A stretch of 63,474 bases of DNA, filler included. It is 5 parts of 5 records of this genome, joined end to end, with 100 filler letters (N's around TTAATTAATTAA, not from the genome) between each part and the next. Parts side by side here need not be neighbours in the genome. Positions count along the whole stretch, not along the records: positions 48,142 to 55,248 come from DRR723986_8765; positions 55,349 to 63,474 come from DRR723986_8828; 3 more parts are not named here. One strand, given 5' to 3'. The notes below the pieces were generated by a model, which saw only the letters and a list, made by a program, of their open reading frames with translations, was not told the DNA's origin and ran no database searches. Shown here in pieces: positions 49,652 to 59,094 of this stretch. Positions within the stretch are counted from its first letter, which is position 1. Every line of letters starts with the position of its first letter. Both the position numbers and the translations under genes were made by a program.

Positions 49652-50869
49652 ATGAGTTCAGCTTCTGCCGTCCGGTATTTGGACCGGACAACGCCCCCTC
49701 ATATATCGACCCTGATCGCGGCGACGGCCCTCGGCGCGATGTCGATGAACATATTCCTGCCGACCCTGCCGCAAATGGCAGAGTATTATCAGGCGGACTA
49801 TGCGCTGATGCAACGCTCGGTCACGCTCTACCTGATGGTCAACGCGATCCTGCAACTGGGGATCGGGCCGATCTCTGACCGCTTCGGACGCCGCCCGGTG
49901 CTGCTTGGCAGCTTCACCCTGTTTTCCATCGCCACCATCGGATGCATGTTTGCCCCCACGGCCGAGATCTTCCTGGCCTTCCGCATGGCTCAGGCCGTGG
50001 TTGTCGCGGGCCTTGTGCTTGGCCGCGCGGTGGTGCGCGATATCGTACCTGGGCCGGAAGCGGCTGCGATGATCGGCTATGTCACCATGGGAATGGCATT
50101 GGTGCCGATGATCGGGCCAGTTGTTGGTGGCATCTTGGGAGAAACGTTCGGCTGGCAGGCCAATTTCGTGCTGCTGCTGGCCACCGGGCTTCTTGTCCTG
50201 ACACTGACCTGGTTCGACCTAGGCGAAACCGCCCGATCCACAAGCGGTCGGTTCCGTGACCAGATCCGCGAGTATCCAGAGCTGTTCACCTCGCGCCGCT
50301 TCTGGGGCTATTGCGGCGCAACAACCTTCGCTTCGGGTGCCTTCTTCGCCTATTTGGGCGGCGCGCCCTATGTGGGGTCCGAGATCTACCACCTGACGCC
50401 GTCGCAGGTGGGCTTCTATTTCGGCGCCCCCGCGCTTGGCTATTTCTGCGGCAATTTCGTCGCCGCGCGCCTGTCCGTGCGCGTGGGCATCAACCGAATG
50501 ATCCTCTATGGCACCACAATCTCCACCGGTGGGCTGCTGATCCCCGTGGCCTTGCATTTCATGGGGCTGGATTCGGCACAGACCTTCTTTGGCTCGGTTA
50601 CGCTGGTGGGGCTTGGCAATGGCATGACCATGGCCAACGGCAATTCCGGAATGCTGTCCGTGCGCCCGCATCTGGCCGGGTCGGCCTCTGGCGTCGGGGG
50701 GGCGGTGATGCTGGCAGGCGGCGCGTTGCTGGCGGACCTGGCCGGGTCAACGCTAGCTGGCAGCGCGACATCAATGCCGCTTGTCGCAATCATGCTCGGC
50801 AGTTCGGTCATGTCGATTGTCGCCATTGTCTACACGATCCGCCGCGAACGTTTCGTCGGCGCGGTCTGA
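49652..50869 (+). CDS. Bcr/CflA family MFS efflux transporter (alternative start 49616)
   Basis: MNIFLPTLP, GPISDRFGRRPVLL, RAVVRD and multiple TM segments. Confidence 0.88.
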   Translation: MSSASAVRYLDRTTPPHISTLIAATALGAMSMNIFLPTLPQMAEYYQADYALMQRSVTLYLMVNAILQLGIGPISDRFGRRPVLLGSFTLFSIATIGCMFAPTAEIFLAFRMAQAVVVAGLVLGRAVVRDIVPGPEAAAMIGYVTMGMALVPMIGPVVGGILGETFGWQANFVLLLATGLLVLTLTWFDLGETARSTSGRFRDQIREYPELFTSRRFWGYCGATTFASGAFFAYLGGAPYVGSEIYHLTPSQVGFYFGAPALGYFCGNFVAARLSVRVGINRMILYGTTISTGGLLIPVALHFMGLDSAQTFFGSVTLVGLGNGMTMANGNSGMLSVRPHLAGSASGVGGAVMLAGGALLADLAGSTLAGSATSMPLVAIMLGSSVMSIVAIVYTIRRERFVGAV

Positions 50870-50885
50870 CCTCTTGCCGCCACGC

Positions 50886-50913
50886 TTTGCAAACCCCATA
50901 ATGGATTTGCAAA
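50886..50913. promoter_or_regulatory. PccR autoregulatory operator
   Basis: TTTGCAAA-N12-TTTGCAAA, 13 nt before the pccR ATG. Confidence 0.7.
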
Positions 50914-50926
50914 GCAAGGGACGGCC

Positions 50927-52324
50927 ATGGCGATCCAAAAGCTCTATGCAGGGGCGAAACTGCGGGAATTGCGGGGTCGGCTTGGCCTGACCCAAAAGGA
51001 ATTCGCGGCCAAGCTTGGCGTCTCGCTGCCCTATCTCAACCAGATGGAAAACAACAACCGGCCGGTGTCTTCGACCGTGATGCTGGGGCTGGTGCAGGAA
51101 TTCGGCTATGACGTGACTGAACTGGCCTCGGGCGACACCGAACGGCTGGTCTCTGACATGCGCGAGGCGCTGGCCGATCCGGTTTTCACAGATGCCGCGC
51201 CACCGCTGCCTGACCTGCGCCTGACCGCGTCGAATGCGCCCGCCCTGGCCCGCGCCTTTCTCGACTTGCACCGCGCCTATCGACAGACCCATGAACGCCT
51301 CGCCTCGCTGGACGAGGCCCTTGGCCGCGAAGGGGCCCGCGTTGCCGCCAGTCCTTGGGAAGAGGTGCGCGATTTCTTCCACTATTGTGACAACTATATC
51401 GACGCGGTCGACCACGCCGCTGAACGCTTTGCCGAAAAGGCGGGTGGCAATCTGGATGCCCATATACGCGCCGCTTTCGACGATCTGGGGATCGCCGTTC
51501 GCTACGCCGATGACGCGGGCATTCGCCGGTTTGACGCGGGGCGCAAGGAGCTGACCCTGTCCCCCCGCACCGCCCCGGAAACGCAGCGGTTTCAACTGCT
51601 CCATCAATACGCCCTGATCGCACAAAACCGGCTGTTGGAGGCAACGCTCGACCTTGCCCGCTTCCAGACCGACACCGCCCGGTCGATCGCCAAGGTCGGC
51701 ATGGCGAACTACTACGCGGGCGCTGTGCTGATGCCCTATGCGCGGTTCATGGAGGCGGCGGATGAAACCCGCCACGATCTGGAACAGCTTGCCGTCCGGT
51801 TTGGCGCCTCGATCGAGCAGGTGGCGCATCGACTGTCCACGATGCAACGCCCCGGCGCCAAGGGCATCCCCTTCTTCTTTGTCCGAGTCGATCAGGCCGG
51901 CACGATCACCAAGCGCCACAGCGCCACCCGGCTGCAATTCGCCCGCTTCGGTGGCGCCTGCCCGCTGTGGAATGTCCACCAGGCGTTCGAGATGCCGGGC
52001 CGGTTCCTGCGGCAACTGGCGGAAACACCGGACGGGGTGCGCTATCTTTGCCTTGCGCGCGACGTGTCGAAATCGGGCGGGTCGTTCCACGCGCCGACCC
52101 GGCGCTTTGCTATCGGGCTTGGCTGCGAAGTGCAGCATGCCAGCGCCGTGGTTTATGCCGACGGAATGGATATCGGCACAGCAACCGCCTACCAGCCGAT
52201 TGGCATTTCCTGCCGCATCTGTGAACGGACGAATTGCCACCAGCGATCCGTTCCGCCTCTGGAACGGCATTTGCGCATCGACCCGGATCAGCGCGGCACC
52301 CTTCCCTATGAGATCGGGCGTTGA
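50927..52324 (+). CDS. pccR: Short-chain fatty acyl-CoA regulator (ScfR/XRE family) PccR
   Basis: N-terminal XRE HTH, HRLSTMQRPG, GGACPLW and C-terminal CRICERTNCHQR; near pccB. Confidence 0.9.
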   Translation: MAIQKLYAGAKLRELRGRLGLTQKEFAAKLGVSLPYLNQMENNNRPVSSTVMLGLVQEFGYDVTELASGDTERLVSDMREALADPVFTDAAPPLPDLRLTASNAPALARAFLDLHRAYRQTHERLASLDEALGREGARVAASPWEEVRDFFHYCDNYIDAVDHAAERFAEKAGGNLDAHIRAAFDDLGIAVRYADDAGIRRFDAGRKELTLSPRTAPETQRFQLLHQYALIAQNRLLEATLDLARFQTDTARSIAKVGMANYYAGAVLMPYARFMEAADETRHDLEQLAVRFGASIEQVAHRLSTMQRPGAKGIPFFFVRVDQAGTITKRHSATRLQFARFGGACPLWNVHQAFEMPGRFLRQLAETPDGVRYLCLARDVSKSGGSFHAPTRRFAIGLGCEVQHASAVVYADGMDIGTATAYQPIGISCRICERTNCHQRSVPPLERHLRIDPDQRGTLPYEIGR

Positions 52325-52378
52325 CGCCGGTCGCTGGCGCCGGCCAAATACATCCGACACGCAACCAGGAGACACAAC

Positions 52379-52831
52379 ATGGAAATGCATTCAAGCCGCG
52401 TGATCGCGGCGGATCGGGCCACGGTTTGGGCGGCGCTGAACTCTGCCGAGGTTCTGAAGGAATGCATTCCGGGCTGTGAGGAGCTGACCGGATCCCCCGA
52501 AGATGGCTTTACTGCCACCGTCAAGCAGAAGGTCGGGCCGGTGAAGGCCACCTTCAAGGGTGAGGTCACGCTGACAGATGTCGTGGAAAACCAAAGCTAC
52601 ACGATCTCGGGCGAGGGCAAGGGCGGCGTCGCGGGCTTCGCCAAGGGAGAGGCCAAGGTCCGGCTGGAAGACGCCGAAGGCGGAACCGAACTGTTCTATG
52701 ACGTCGAGGCCAAGGTGGGTGGCAAGATCGCGCAACTTGGCTCGCGCCTGATCGACGGATTTGCCCGCCGCATGGCCGACCAGTTTTTCGAACGCTTCCA
52801 GACCCATGTGGAAGGCGGATCTGAAGCGTAA
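52379..52831 (+). CDS. coxG: CoxG/SRPBCC family protein
   Basis: VWAALN..VLKECIPGCEEL...KVGPVKATF...GGKIAQLGSRLID. Confidence 0.88.
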   Translation: MEMHSSRVIAADRATVWAALNSAEVLKECIPGCEELTGSPEDGFTATVKQKVGPVKATFKGEVTLTDVVENQSYTISGEGKGGVAGFAKGEAKVRLEDAEGGTELFYDVEAKVGGKIAQLGSRLIDGFARRMADQFFERFQTHVEGGSEA

Positions 52832-52922
52832 GACGCTGCCGGACGCTGAACCCCGGAAATTTCATTCCCTCCGTGGGTCCAATCGCATTGGGGATCGACC
52901 CCATGCCAAGAGGAATGCGCAA

Positions 52923-53246
52923 ATGGAAGAGTTGCGTCATCGGAGGCCAGTACAGTCTCCTTGGATCGCGCCGCTCCGAGCGCTGCAGTTGGCCCCTGGA
53001 AATTATCAGGGGTACTGGCATGACGGTCGCGCAATGGTCGAACGCGTGACGGTGACGCCATGCGAGATCACGCTTTACCTGATCGCCGGTGGCGACGTTC
53101 AGGGCCAGACTTTTCGATACATCCGCAGCGGGGCCAATACCTGCAACTCGCCCAATGGGCACGTCATCCCGATCACCAGCCCGACCACCTTCACCTGGAC
53201 CAACAGCAACGGGCAGAACGGAGTCGCCTACAGCCTGCTTCGGTAA
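52923..53246 (+). CDS. Hypothetical beta-rich protein, possibly with a degenerate N-terminus
   Basis: GAGGA RBS; the C-terminal part (GNYQGYWHDG...FTWTNSNG) looks like a real small exported domain. Confidence 0.4.
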   Translation: MEELRHRRPVQSPWIAPLRALQLAPGNYQGYWHDGRAMVERVTVTPCEITLYLIAGGDVQGQTFRYIRSGANTCNSPNGHVIPITSPTTFTWTNSNGQNGVAYSLLR

Positions 53247-53455
53247 TCCCATGCCCGCACCGACAACCCGTGGATGGCGGCAAGATCAGCGATGATGACC
53301 GCCATCGCGGCTTTTGGTTTCGAATTGACACTGAAAAAAGCGAACCGGATCATAGCCGCTTCCTGCCATTCTCGTGATTGGCAGGAAGCAGCATCAAGTT
53401 ATCAGATCCAACACTTCGGCCCCAACCGCGGCCGCGACAAGTGTTCCGAAATCGA

Positions 53456-53695
53456 TCAGGCCTTGGAAAGCATCGAGGCAATCTCGTCCTTCAGATGCAT
53501 CCGCTTCTTGCGCATATCGACCTCGGCCAGTTCCTCTTTCGGCTCGATCCCGGTTTCGGCGCGATGCACCGCGCGGTTCACCTCGTGATACTCGTCCATC
53601 AGCTTGGCGAAATGGGCATTCGTGGTCTTCAACTCGTGGATCTTCTCGACCTGATCGGGAAATTCCTCTGCCAGTTCATGGGGGGTATGGGACAT
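53456..53695 (-). CDS. YdcH/DUF465 family protein
   Basis: MSHTPHELAEEFP...NAHFAKL.DEYH...KDEI; GAGGAG RBS. Confidence 0.88.
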   Translation of the reverse strand: MSHTPHELAEEFPDQVEKIHELKTTNAHFAKLMDEYHEVNRAVHRAETGIEPKEELAEVDMRKKRMHLKDEIASMLSKA

Positions 53696-53763
53696 GTCGC
53701 GCTCCTCTTATCGTCGTTCCCGTGTTCCTATACAGGGATAGCAGGGCGCACGCGGCGTCCACT

Positions 53764-53777
53764 TTGACAGAGGTCAA
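53764..53777. promoter_or_regulatory. FNR/FnrL-like box upstream of the DUF465 gene
   Basis: Perfect palindrome TTGAC-AGAG-GTCAA. Confidence 0.55.
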
Positions 53778-53807
53778 TCGGGGGATGTTAATCTTCTGTT
53801 TCTGTCC

Positions 53808-54503
53808 CTATTCGGCCGCCTGCCTCAGGCTGCGCCGCCAAGCGGCATCGACCTCTGGCATTGAGAGCACGGCAACCTCTCCGCCACGTCCCGGAACACC
53901 AAGCCCGCCCGCATGTGCAAGGGCCCCCGGAAACCCCAATGTGGCGACGCCCGCGGCGCTTGCGGCCTGCATCGCGGCGGCGCTGTCGACAACGGCCAGC
54001 GCGGCAGAGGGCAACACGCCGATCTGCGCGATGGCGAGGTGATAGGCCTCGGGGTGCGGCGGCAGATGTAGCAAGTCATCGCGCAGGATCGCCACGTCAA
54101 AGCCCACCCCGCCCCGCGCCCGGGCAGTGGCTTTCAGCATCGCCCGAACGGGTTCCGTGGCCGACCGGCTGACCAGGCCCAGTTTCAGGCCCCGCCCTGC
54201 CGCCGCCGTGATCACCGCCGCCACGCCCGGGCGCAGGGGCAATCCTTCTGCCAGCATCGCCGCGAAAAGCCGCGATTGCGTACGCTCTACCGCCGTCACA
54301 TCCACCGTGCAGCCCTGTTGCACCGCAAAGCGTTCAACCGGTGAACGGACGTCGCGGGGGGCCAGAAGGCGCTGGTAGGTGTCCCAGCTCCAGTCCCAAT
54401 CCAGCCCCTGCGCGCGAAACGCGCCATTCCATGCAGCCCGGTCCAGATCGGCGCATTCCGATATCGCGCCGATCCCGCCGAACAAGATCGCTTCCAAGGT
54501 CAT
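53808..54503 (-). CDS. HAD-superfamily (CbbY-like) protein with degenerate catalytic motifs
   Basis: AF...GLDWDWSWDTY..LL, LPLRPGV and PHPEAY motifs; motif I reads FGGIG. Confidence 0.75.
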   Translation of the reverse strand: MTLEAILFGGIGAISECADLDRAAWNGAFRAQGLDWDWSWDTYQRLLAPRDVRSPVERFAVQQGCTVDVTAVERTQSRLFAAMLAEGLPLRPGVAAVITAAAGRGLKLGLVSRSATEPVRAMLKATARARGGVGFDVAILRDDLLHLPPHPEAYHLAIAQIGVLPSAALAVVDSAAAMQAASAAGVATLGFPGALAHAGGLGVPGRGGEVAVLSMPEVDAAWRRSLRQAAE

Positions 54504-54656
54504 TTGCAGTCCTCCACACGATCAGCAAAGCGACAGAGCGGCCAGAGCGGCAAGCGCGCGACCAAGAGAGCGACCGCCGATGCACAGCGTTGGATCACCT
54601 CTGGGCACTCGTCGCGCCTGCTGCTCATTCGGTCGGCAATATATGAACGTTAATTC

Positions 54657-55248
54657 CTAGAGCTTGGTCTGCGCGACCGCGGGGGTCACCTGCTTGCGCC
54701 GCAGCAATGCCTCGCGCAGGGTGATGTAGCTGATCGAGGCGATGATCATGGCGCCACCGATGATCACGAAGATATCGGCCGGCTCCCCGAACGCCACCGC
54801 ACCAAGCAGCGTCGCCCAGATCAGTTGCAGGAAGGTCACCGGCTGAGTGACCGTCAGTGGCGCGGCCTTGAAGGCCATGGTCATGGTGAAATGCCCCGCC
54901 GTCGCGAAACAGGCGACAAGGAACAGCCAGCCGAGTTGTTCCAATGTGGGCGGCACCCAGACCGCCCAGGCAAAGGGCGCCAGCCCGATCGTCACGGTCA
55001 GCGACAGCATCCCCACCACCACCGCAGGCGAGGTTTCATCCGCCATGATCTTGGCCACAAGATAGCCCACGGAGAACGCCGCCGCCGTGAACAGCATGGC
55101 GATGTGGCCGGGGCTGATTTCCCGGAAACCTGGTCTCAGGATGATCAACGCGCCGCAGAATGCCACGACCACAGCCATTATCCGGCGCATTGCCAGTCGT
55201 TCGCCCAGAAAGATCGCGGCCAGGATCGTCACGTAGATCGGGTTGAGG
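54657..55248 (-). CDS. DMT/EamA family transporter (5' truncated)
   Basis: FLGERL, ILRPG and P.TFLQLIWATLLG..FGE motifs. Confidence 0.85.
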
Positions 55249-55348
55249 NNNNNNNNNNNNNNNNNNNNNNNNNNNNNNNNNNNNNNNNNNNNTTAATTAA
55301 TTAANNNNNNNNNNNNNNNNNNNNNNNNNNNNNNNNNNNNNNNNNNNN
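55249..55348. other. Artificial contig linker
   Basis: N44-TTAATTAATTAA-N44. Confidence 0.99.
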
Positions 55349-55897
55349 TTCCGGCAGCGGGTAGGTGCCTTCCTGTTCGAGCGGGTTCTGCGTGGCAAGC
55401 ACGTGGAAGGGGCGCGGCAGGTCGTGCGGGTGCCCGGCGACGGTCACATGATACTCCTGCATGGCCTGCAGAAGCGCCGACTGGGTGCGGGGGCTGGCAC
55501 GGTTGATTTCGTCAGCCATCAGCAACTGAGAGAAAACCGGACCGGGAATAAAGCGGAACGAGCGGCTGCCGTCGGCACCCTGTTCCATCACTTCGGCACC
55601 GAGAATGTCGGACGGCATCAGGTCTGGCGTGAACTGGATGCGCCGGGCGTCGAGGCCCAGAACGGTGCCGAGCGTTTCCACCAGCTTGGTCTTGGCAAGG
55701 CCGGGCACACCCACAAGAAGGCCGTGGCCGCCAGCCAATATGGTGACGAGCGACTGCTCCACCACATTTTCCTGACCGAAGATGATCCGGGCGATATCGA
55801 CCTTGGCATCGCTGATCCGGTTGACGGCGCGTTCGGCTTGTTCGGCGACGGCGGCGAGATCTTCTTCGCTTGGGCTGGAGGGAGAAATAACGCTCAT
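55349..55897 (-). CDS. moxR: MoxR family AAA ATPase (3' truncated)
   Basis: GVPGLAKT, RIQFTPDLMPSD, DEINRA and ATQNPLEQEGTYPLPE motifs. Confidence 0.9.
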
Positions 55898-56178
55898 GGA
55901 TCACCTTTCCCGCAATCTGCGTTTCGACTGCCTGTCCGGCCCTGGGGCTAACAACACCCCTGACCTTTGTTGCTGCGACTCAAGCAGTCTGACACCATAT
56001 AAATCAGTAGATAAGGCGCAATTGTGCGCCATACAGTGGAAAGGTCCAAGAATCTTTCCTCACTTTGGGGAAAAGGTCGGGCCTGCGGGAAGCCGGGAGC
56101 AGGCGAAGAAGATCCGGGCGGTAGCGGAATTGTCAAAAATTCCGGTACCTTGATGAAGACGACAAGGGCGAAACATCC

Positions 56179-56787
56179 ATGGCGGAGGCAACCGCAAAAA
56201 CGGACGGGGCACTGCCCGAAGGTTTAAAGGCACTGATGAGCCGGGCGGACACGGGCGGCAAGGGACCACCTCCGGTCGAGAAGTGGAATCCGCCGTTTTG
56301 CGGGGATCTGGACATCCGCATTGCCCGTGATGGCACGTGGTATTATCTCGGTTCGCCGATTGGCCGCATGCCTCTGGTGAAGCTGTTTGCCTCTGTGCTG
56401 CGCAAGGACGAGGACGGCCGGCATTATCTGGTCACGCCAGTCGAGAAGATCGGGATCACTGTGGAGGATGCCCCGCTTCTGGCCGTCGAGATGGCGGTGG
56501 AAGGCGAGGCGGAAGAGCAGCAGCTCACGCTGCGGACAAATCTCGGTGATCTGGTCGCCGTTGGTGCGGACCATCCTCTTCGATTTGAAAAAGAACCGGA
56601 CAGCGACGGTTTGAAACCCTATGTTCACGTCAGAGGGCGCCTGGAGGCCTTGTTCACCAGAGCGCTGATGTATCAACTGGCGGATCTTATGGAAGAGCAG
56701 GAAACAGATGACGGCACCCGGATGGGGGTCTGGAGCGGTGGCCGGTTCTTTTCGGTAGATCCCGCCTTCCTGAGCGTTCAGGACTGA
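56179..56787 (+). CDS. DUF1285 family protein
   Basis: PPVEKWNPPFCGDLDIRIARDGTWYY.GSPI.R and LVTPVEK motifs. Confidence 0.9.
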   Translation: MAEATAKTDGALPEGLKALMSRADTGGKGPPPVEKWNPPFCGDLDIRIARDGTWYYLGSPIGRMPLVKLFASVLRKDEDGRHYLVTPVEKIGITVEDAPLLAVEMAVEGEAEEQQLTLRTNLGDLVAVGADHPLRFEKEPDSDGLKPYVHVRGRLEALFTRALMYQLADLMEEQETDDGTRMGVWSGGRFFSVDPAFLSVQD

Positions 56788-56826
56788 CCGAATGAACTGT
56801 TTCGTACGACCGGAAACCCCGATTGC

Positions 56827-57477
56827 ATGACTGCATTCCTGACAAAACCACCTGCGGATTCCGCGCACTGGACTTCCCTGTTCAGGACGCGGCTGGATGA
56901 TGCGGCGCTTCGCGATATCGAACGCGAGACCGGTGACCACATTCTCAATCCGGACCTTGGTCCCTATGCAAAGTGGGACGGTCCACCGCGCGATGCGGCA
57001 GTTCTCATCGGTATCGTGGAACGTAGCGACGGGCCAAATGTGGTGTTGACGCAGCGAACCGGTCACCTGAAATCCCATGCCGGACAGGTTGCCCTTCCCG
57101 GAGGCAAGATCGATCCGACTGACAATGGACCTGTTGAAGCAGCGCTACGGGAGGCGGACGAGGAAATCGGCCTTGCTCCGGAGCGCGTCGAGTTGATCGG
57201 CAATCTTGCGCCCTATCTCACCGGTTCGGGATACCGGGTTATCCCGGTGGTTGGCACCATTCAAGACGGCGCTGCCTTCCGGCCCAATCCCGGCGAAGTC
57301 GAGAGCGTCTTCGAAGTGCCATTGGGCTTTTTGATGGATCCCGCGAACCATCAGAAACTCAGCCGCGAGTGGCAGGGAAAACGCCGCTACTTCTACGCAA
57401 TGCCCTTCGGAGAACGTTATATCTGGGGCGTCACCGCGGGCATTATCCGCTCCTTGTACGAAACGGTCTACCGCTGA
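56827..57477 (+). CDS. nudL: CoA pyrophosphatase (Nudix)
   Basis: LTQR..HL.SHAGQVALPGG..D...ALREADEEIGL and IWGVTA motifs. Confidence 0.88.
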   Translation: MTAFLTKPPADSAHWTSLFRTRLDDAALRDIERETGDHILNPDLGPYAKWDGPPRDAAVLIGIVERSDGPNVVLTQRTGHLKSHAGQVALPGGKIDPTDNGPVEAALREADEEIGLAPERVELIGNLAPYLTGSGYRVIPVVGTIQDGAAFRPNPGEVESVFEVPLGFLMDPANHQKLSREWQGKRRYFYAMPFGERYIWGVTAGIIRSLYETVYR

Positions 57478-57737
57478 TGGTTCGTGTGTTCATACTGCAT
57501 CTGTTACTTTTCCTTCTTCCTTTCATCACCTACGGACTCTGGCTGTGGCTGAGCAAGCGCAACACCGAGCCTGGCCGCTGGTCTGCCAAGCCGATGGCGT
57601 GGCTCACGCTGGTGGGCCTCGTTCTGGTCATTACCGGCCTGGTCGGCATGGCATCCTTCGATCACGCACCGGATGGGGCCAATTGGCGGCCATCGGAAAT
57701 GCGCGATGGGGTATTTGTTCCGGGCCGGTACGAATAA
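57477..57737 (+). CDS. Small two-TM membrane protein (DUF6111-like)
   Basis: MVRVFILHLLLFLLPF...DGVFVPGRYE; TGATG coupling to nudL. Confidence 0.75.
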   Translation: MVRVFILHLLLFLLPFITYGLWLWLSKRNTEPGRWSAKPMAWLTLVGLVLVITGLVGMASFDHAPDGANWRPSEMRDGVFVPGRYE

Positions 57738-57741
57738 AGCG

Positions 57742-58986
57742 ATGACAACGACTGCCGATCAGATCCTGCAACAGGCGGACTGGCTGAAAACACCGGGTAT
57801 TCAGGCGGTGTTTGCGGCGATCGAGCAAGACGGCGACGAAGCCCGCGTTGTCGGTGGAGCCGTTCGCAACACGTTACTCGGTCACCCTGTTCCAGACGTC
57901 GATATCGCGACGACTGCCTCGCCCCAAACGGTGATGGAACGCACGCTGGCCGCGGGCTTGAAGCCGGTTGGAACGGGCATTGACCACGGTACGGTGACGG
58001 TGGTCAGCAACGGTTATCCTTACGAGGTCACGACGCTGCGGGAGGACGTGGAAACCTTCGGCCGTCAGGCCCGTGTCGTTTTCGGCAAGAACTGGACGCG
58101 CGACGCGGAACGTCGCGACTTCACCCTCAACGCGCTCTATGTCGACTGCGATGGCCGATTGCACGATCCGCTTGGTGGACTGGACGATTGTCTGAATCGG
58201 CGTGTGCGTTTCATTGGTGAGCCGGACAAGCGCATACAGGAAGACTATCTGCGTATCCTCCGTTTCTTTCGGATCTACGCGGCCTACGGTGCCGGAGAGA
58301 TGGATGCGGACGGGCTCGGGGCCTGCCTGCGCCAGCGGGACGGCTTGCGGCATCTGTCCGCAGAACGTATCGGCCACGAGATGCGGCGGCTGCTACGCGC
58401 GCCTCTGGCAGGATCCGCACTGAAAATGATGAACGATTGCGGCCTTTGGGAAATTGCGACGGGCGGCCTTGCCCGCATCGACGATTACCTGGCACTGCGC
58501 AGCCTGGAAGCCACCGCAAGTGATGTGACCGATCCGGAGCTCGGGCTGGTGGTGCTTGCCGGTTTCGTGCGCGAGGACGTGGAGCGCGTTTGCGACCGGC
58601 TTCGGCTGTCGAATGCCGAAAGGGACCGGATGCGGACCGCCTGGGCGGCGATGAAATGTCTTCGCCAGGCCGATGGTCTGCCCGAAGCCGAGCACTTGGT
58701 GTATCAGTTCGGCCGTCAGGGCGCGGTCGACGGCCTTTTGGGGCGCTGGGCCGGGTTGCGTGCGCAAGGATCAGATCCAACGGAGATCTTTGGCGGGCTG
58801 CTGGAGCGGTTGCGGGAGGTTGCCGTGCCTGAATTCCCGGTCAAAGGCGCAGATCTGATTGCAGCCGGGCACTCACCCGGGCGTGCGTTGGGGGATAGCC
58901 TCAAGGCTCTGGAGGCCGAATGGCGCGACAGCGGTTTCTCGCTCTCCAAACAGGATTTGCTGACGCGGGCAGGCGCTGCGACTTAA
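57742..58986 (+). CDS. cca: CCA tRNA nucleotidyltransferase
   Basis: VGGAVRN, DVDIAT, EVTTLRED, DAERRDFTLNA and EDYLRILRFFR motifs. Confidence 0.92.
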   Translation: MTTTADQILQQADWLKTPGIQAVFAAIEQDGDEARVVGGAVRNTLLGHPVPDVDIATTASPQTVMERTLAAGLKPVGTGIDHGTVTVVSNGYPYEVTTLREDVETFGRQARVVFGKNWTRDAERRDFTLNALYVDCDGRLHDPLGGLDDCLNRRVRFIGEPDKRIQEDYLRILRFFRIYAAYGAGEMDADGLGACLRQRDGLRHLSAERIGHEMRRLLRAPLAGSALKMMNDCGLWEIATGGLARIDDYLALRSLEATASDVTDPELGLVVLAGFVREDVERVCDRLRLSNAERDRMRTAWAAMKCLRQADGLPEAEHLVYQFGRQGAVDGLLGRWAGLRAQGSDPTEIFGGLLERLREVAVPEFPVKGADLIAAGHSPGRALGDSLKALEAEWRDSGFSLSKQDLLTRAGAAT

Positions 58987-59094
58987 TGAAATCTTATTGA
59001 GATTGCGTCACATCGTGATGGTGATTTCCTGTTGGGCGGGTTTTCCGGTTAACTTGTCGTGAGAAGGCGTGTGCGGAATACAATGAGGCGATGA

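Noticed and set aside
184-52324. Apparent propionate/C3 theme (prpR, mch, pccB, pccR)
   Set aside because: The genes lie on three different contigs, probably from different organisms, so the co-occurrence is an artefact.
50771-52390. Long antisense ORFs (e.g. 539 aa opposite pccR, 383 aa opposite mdh and cysK)
   Set aside because: They are shadow frames of codon-biased genes with no recognisable motifs.
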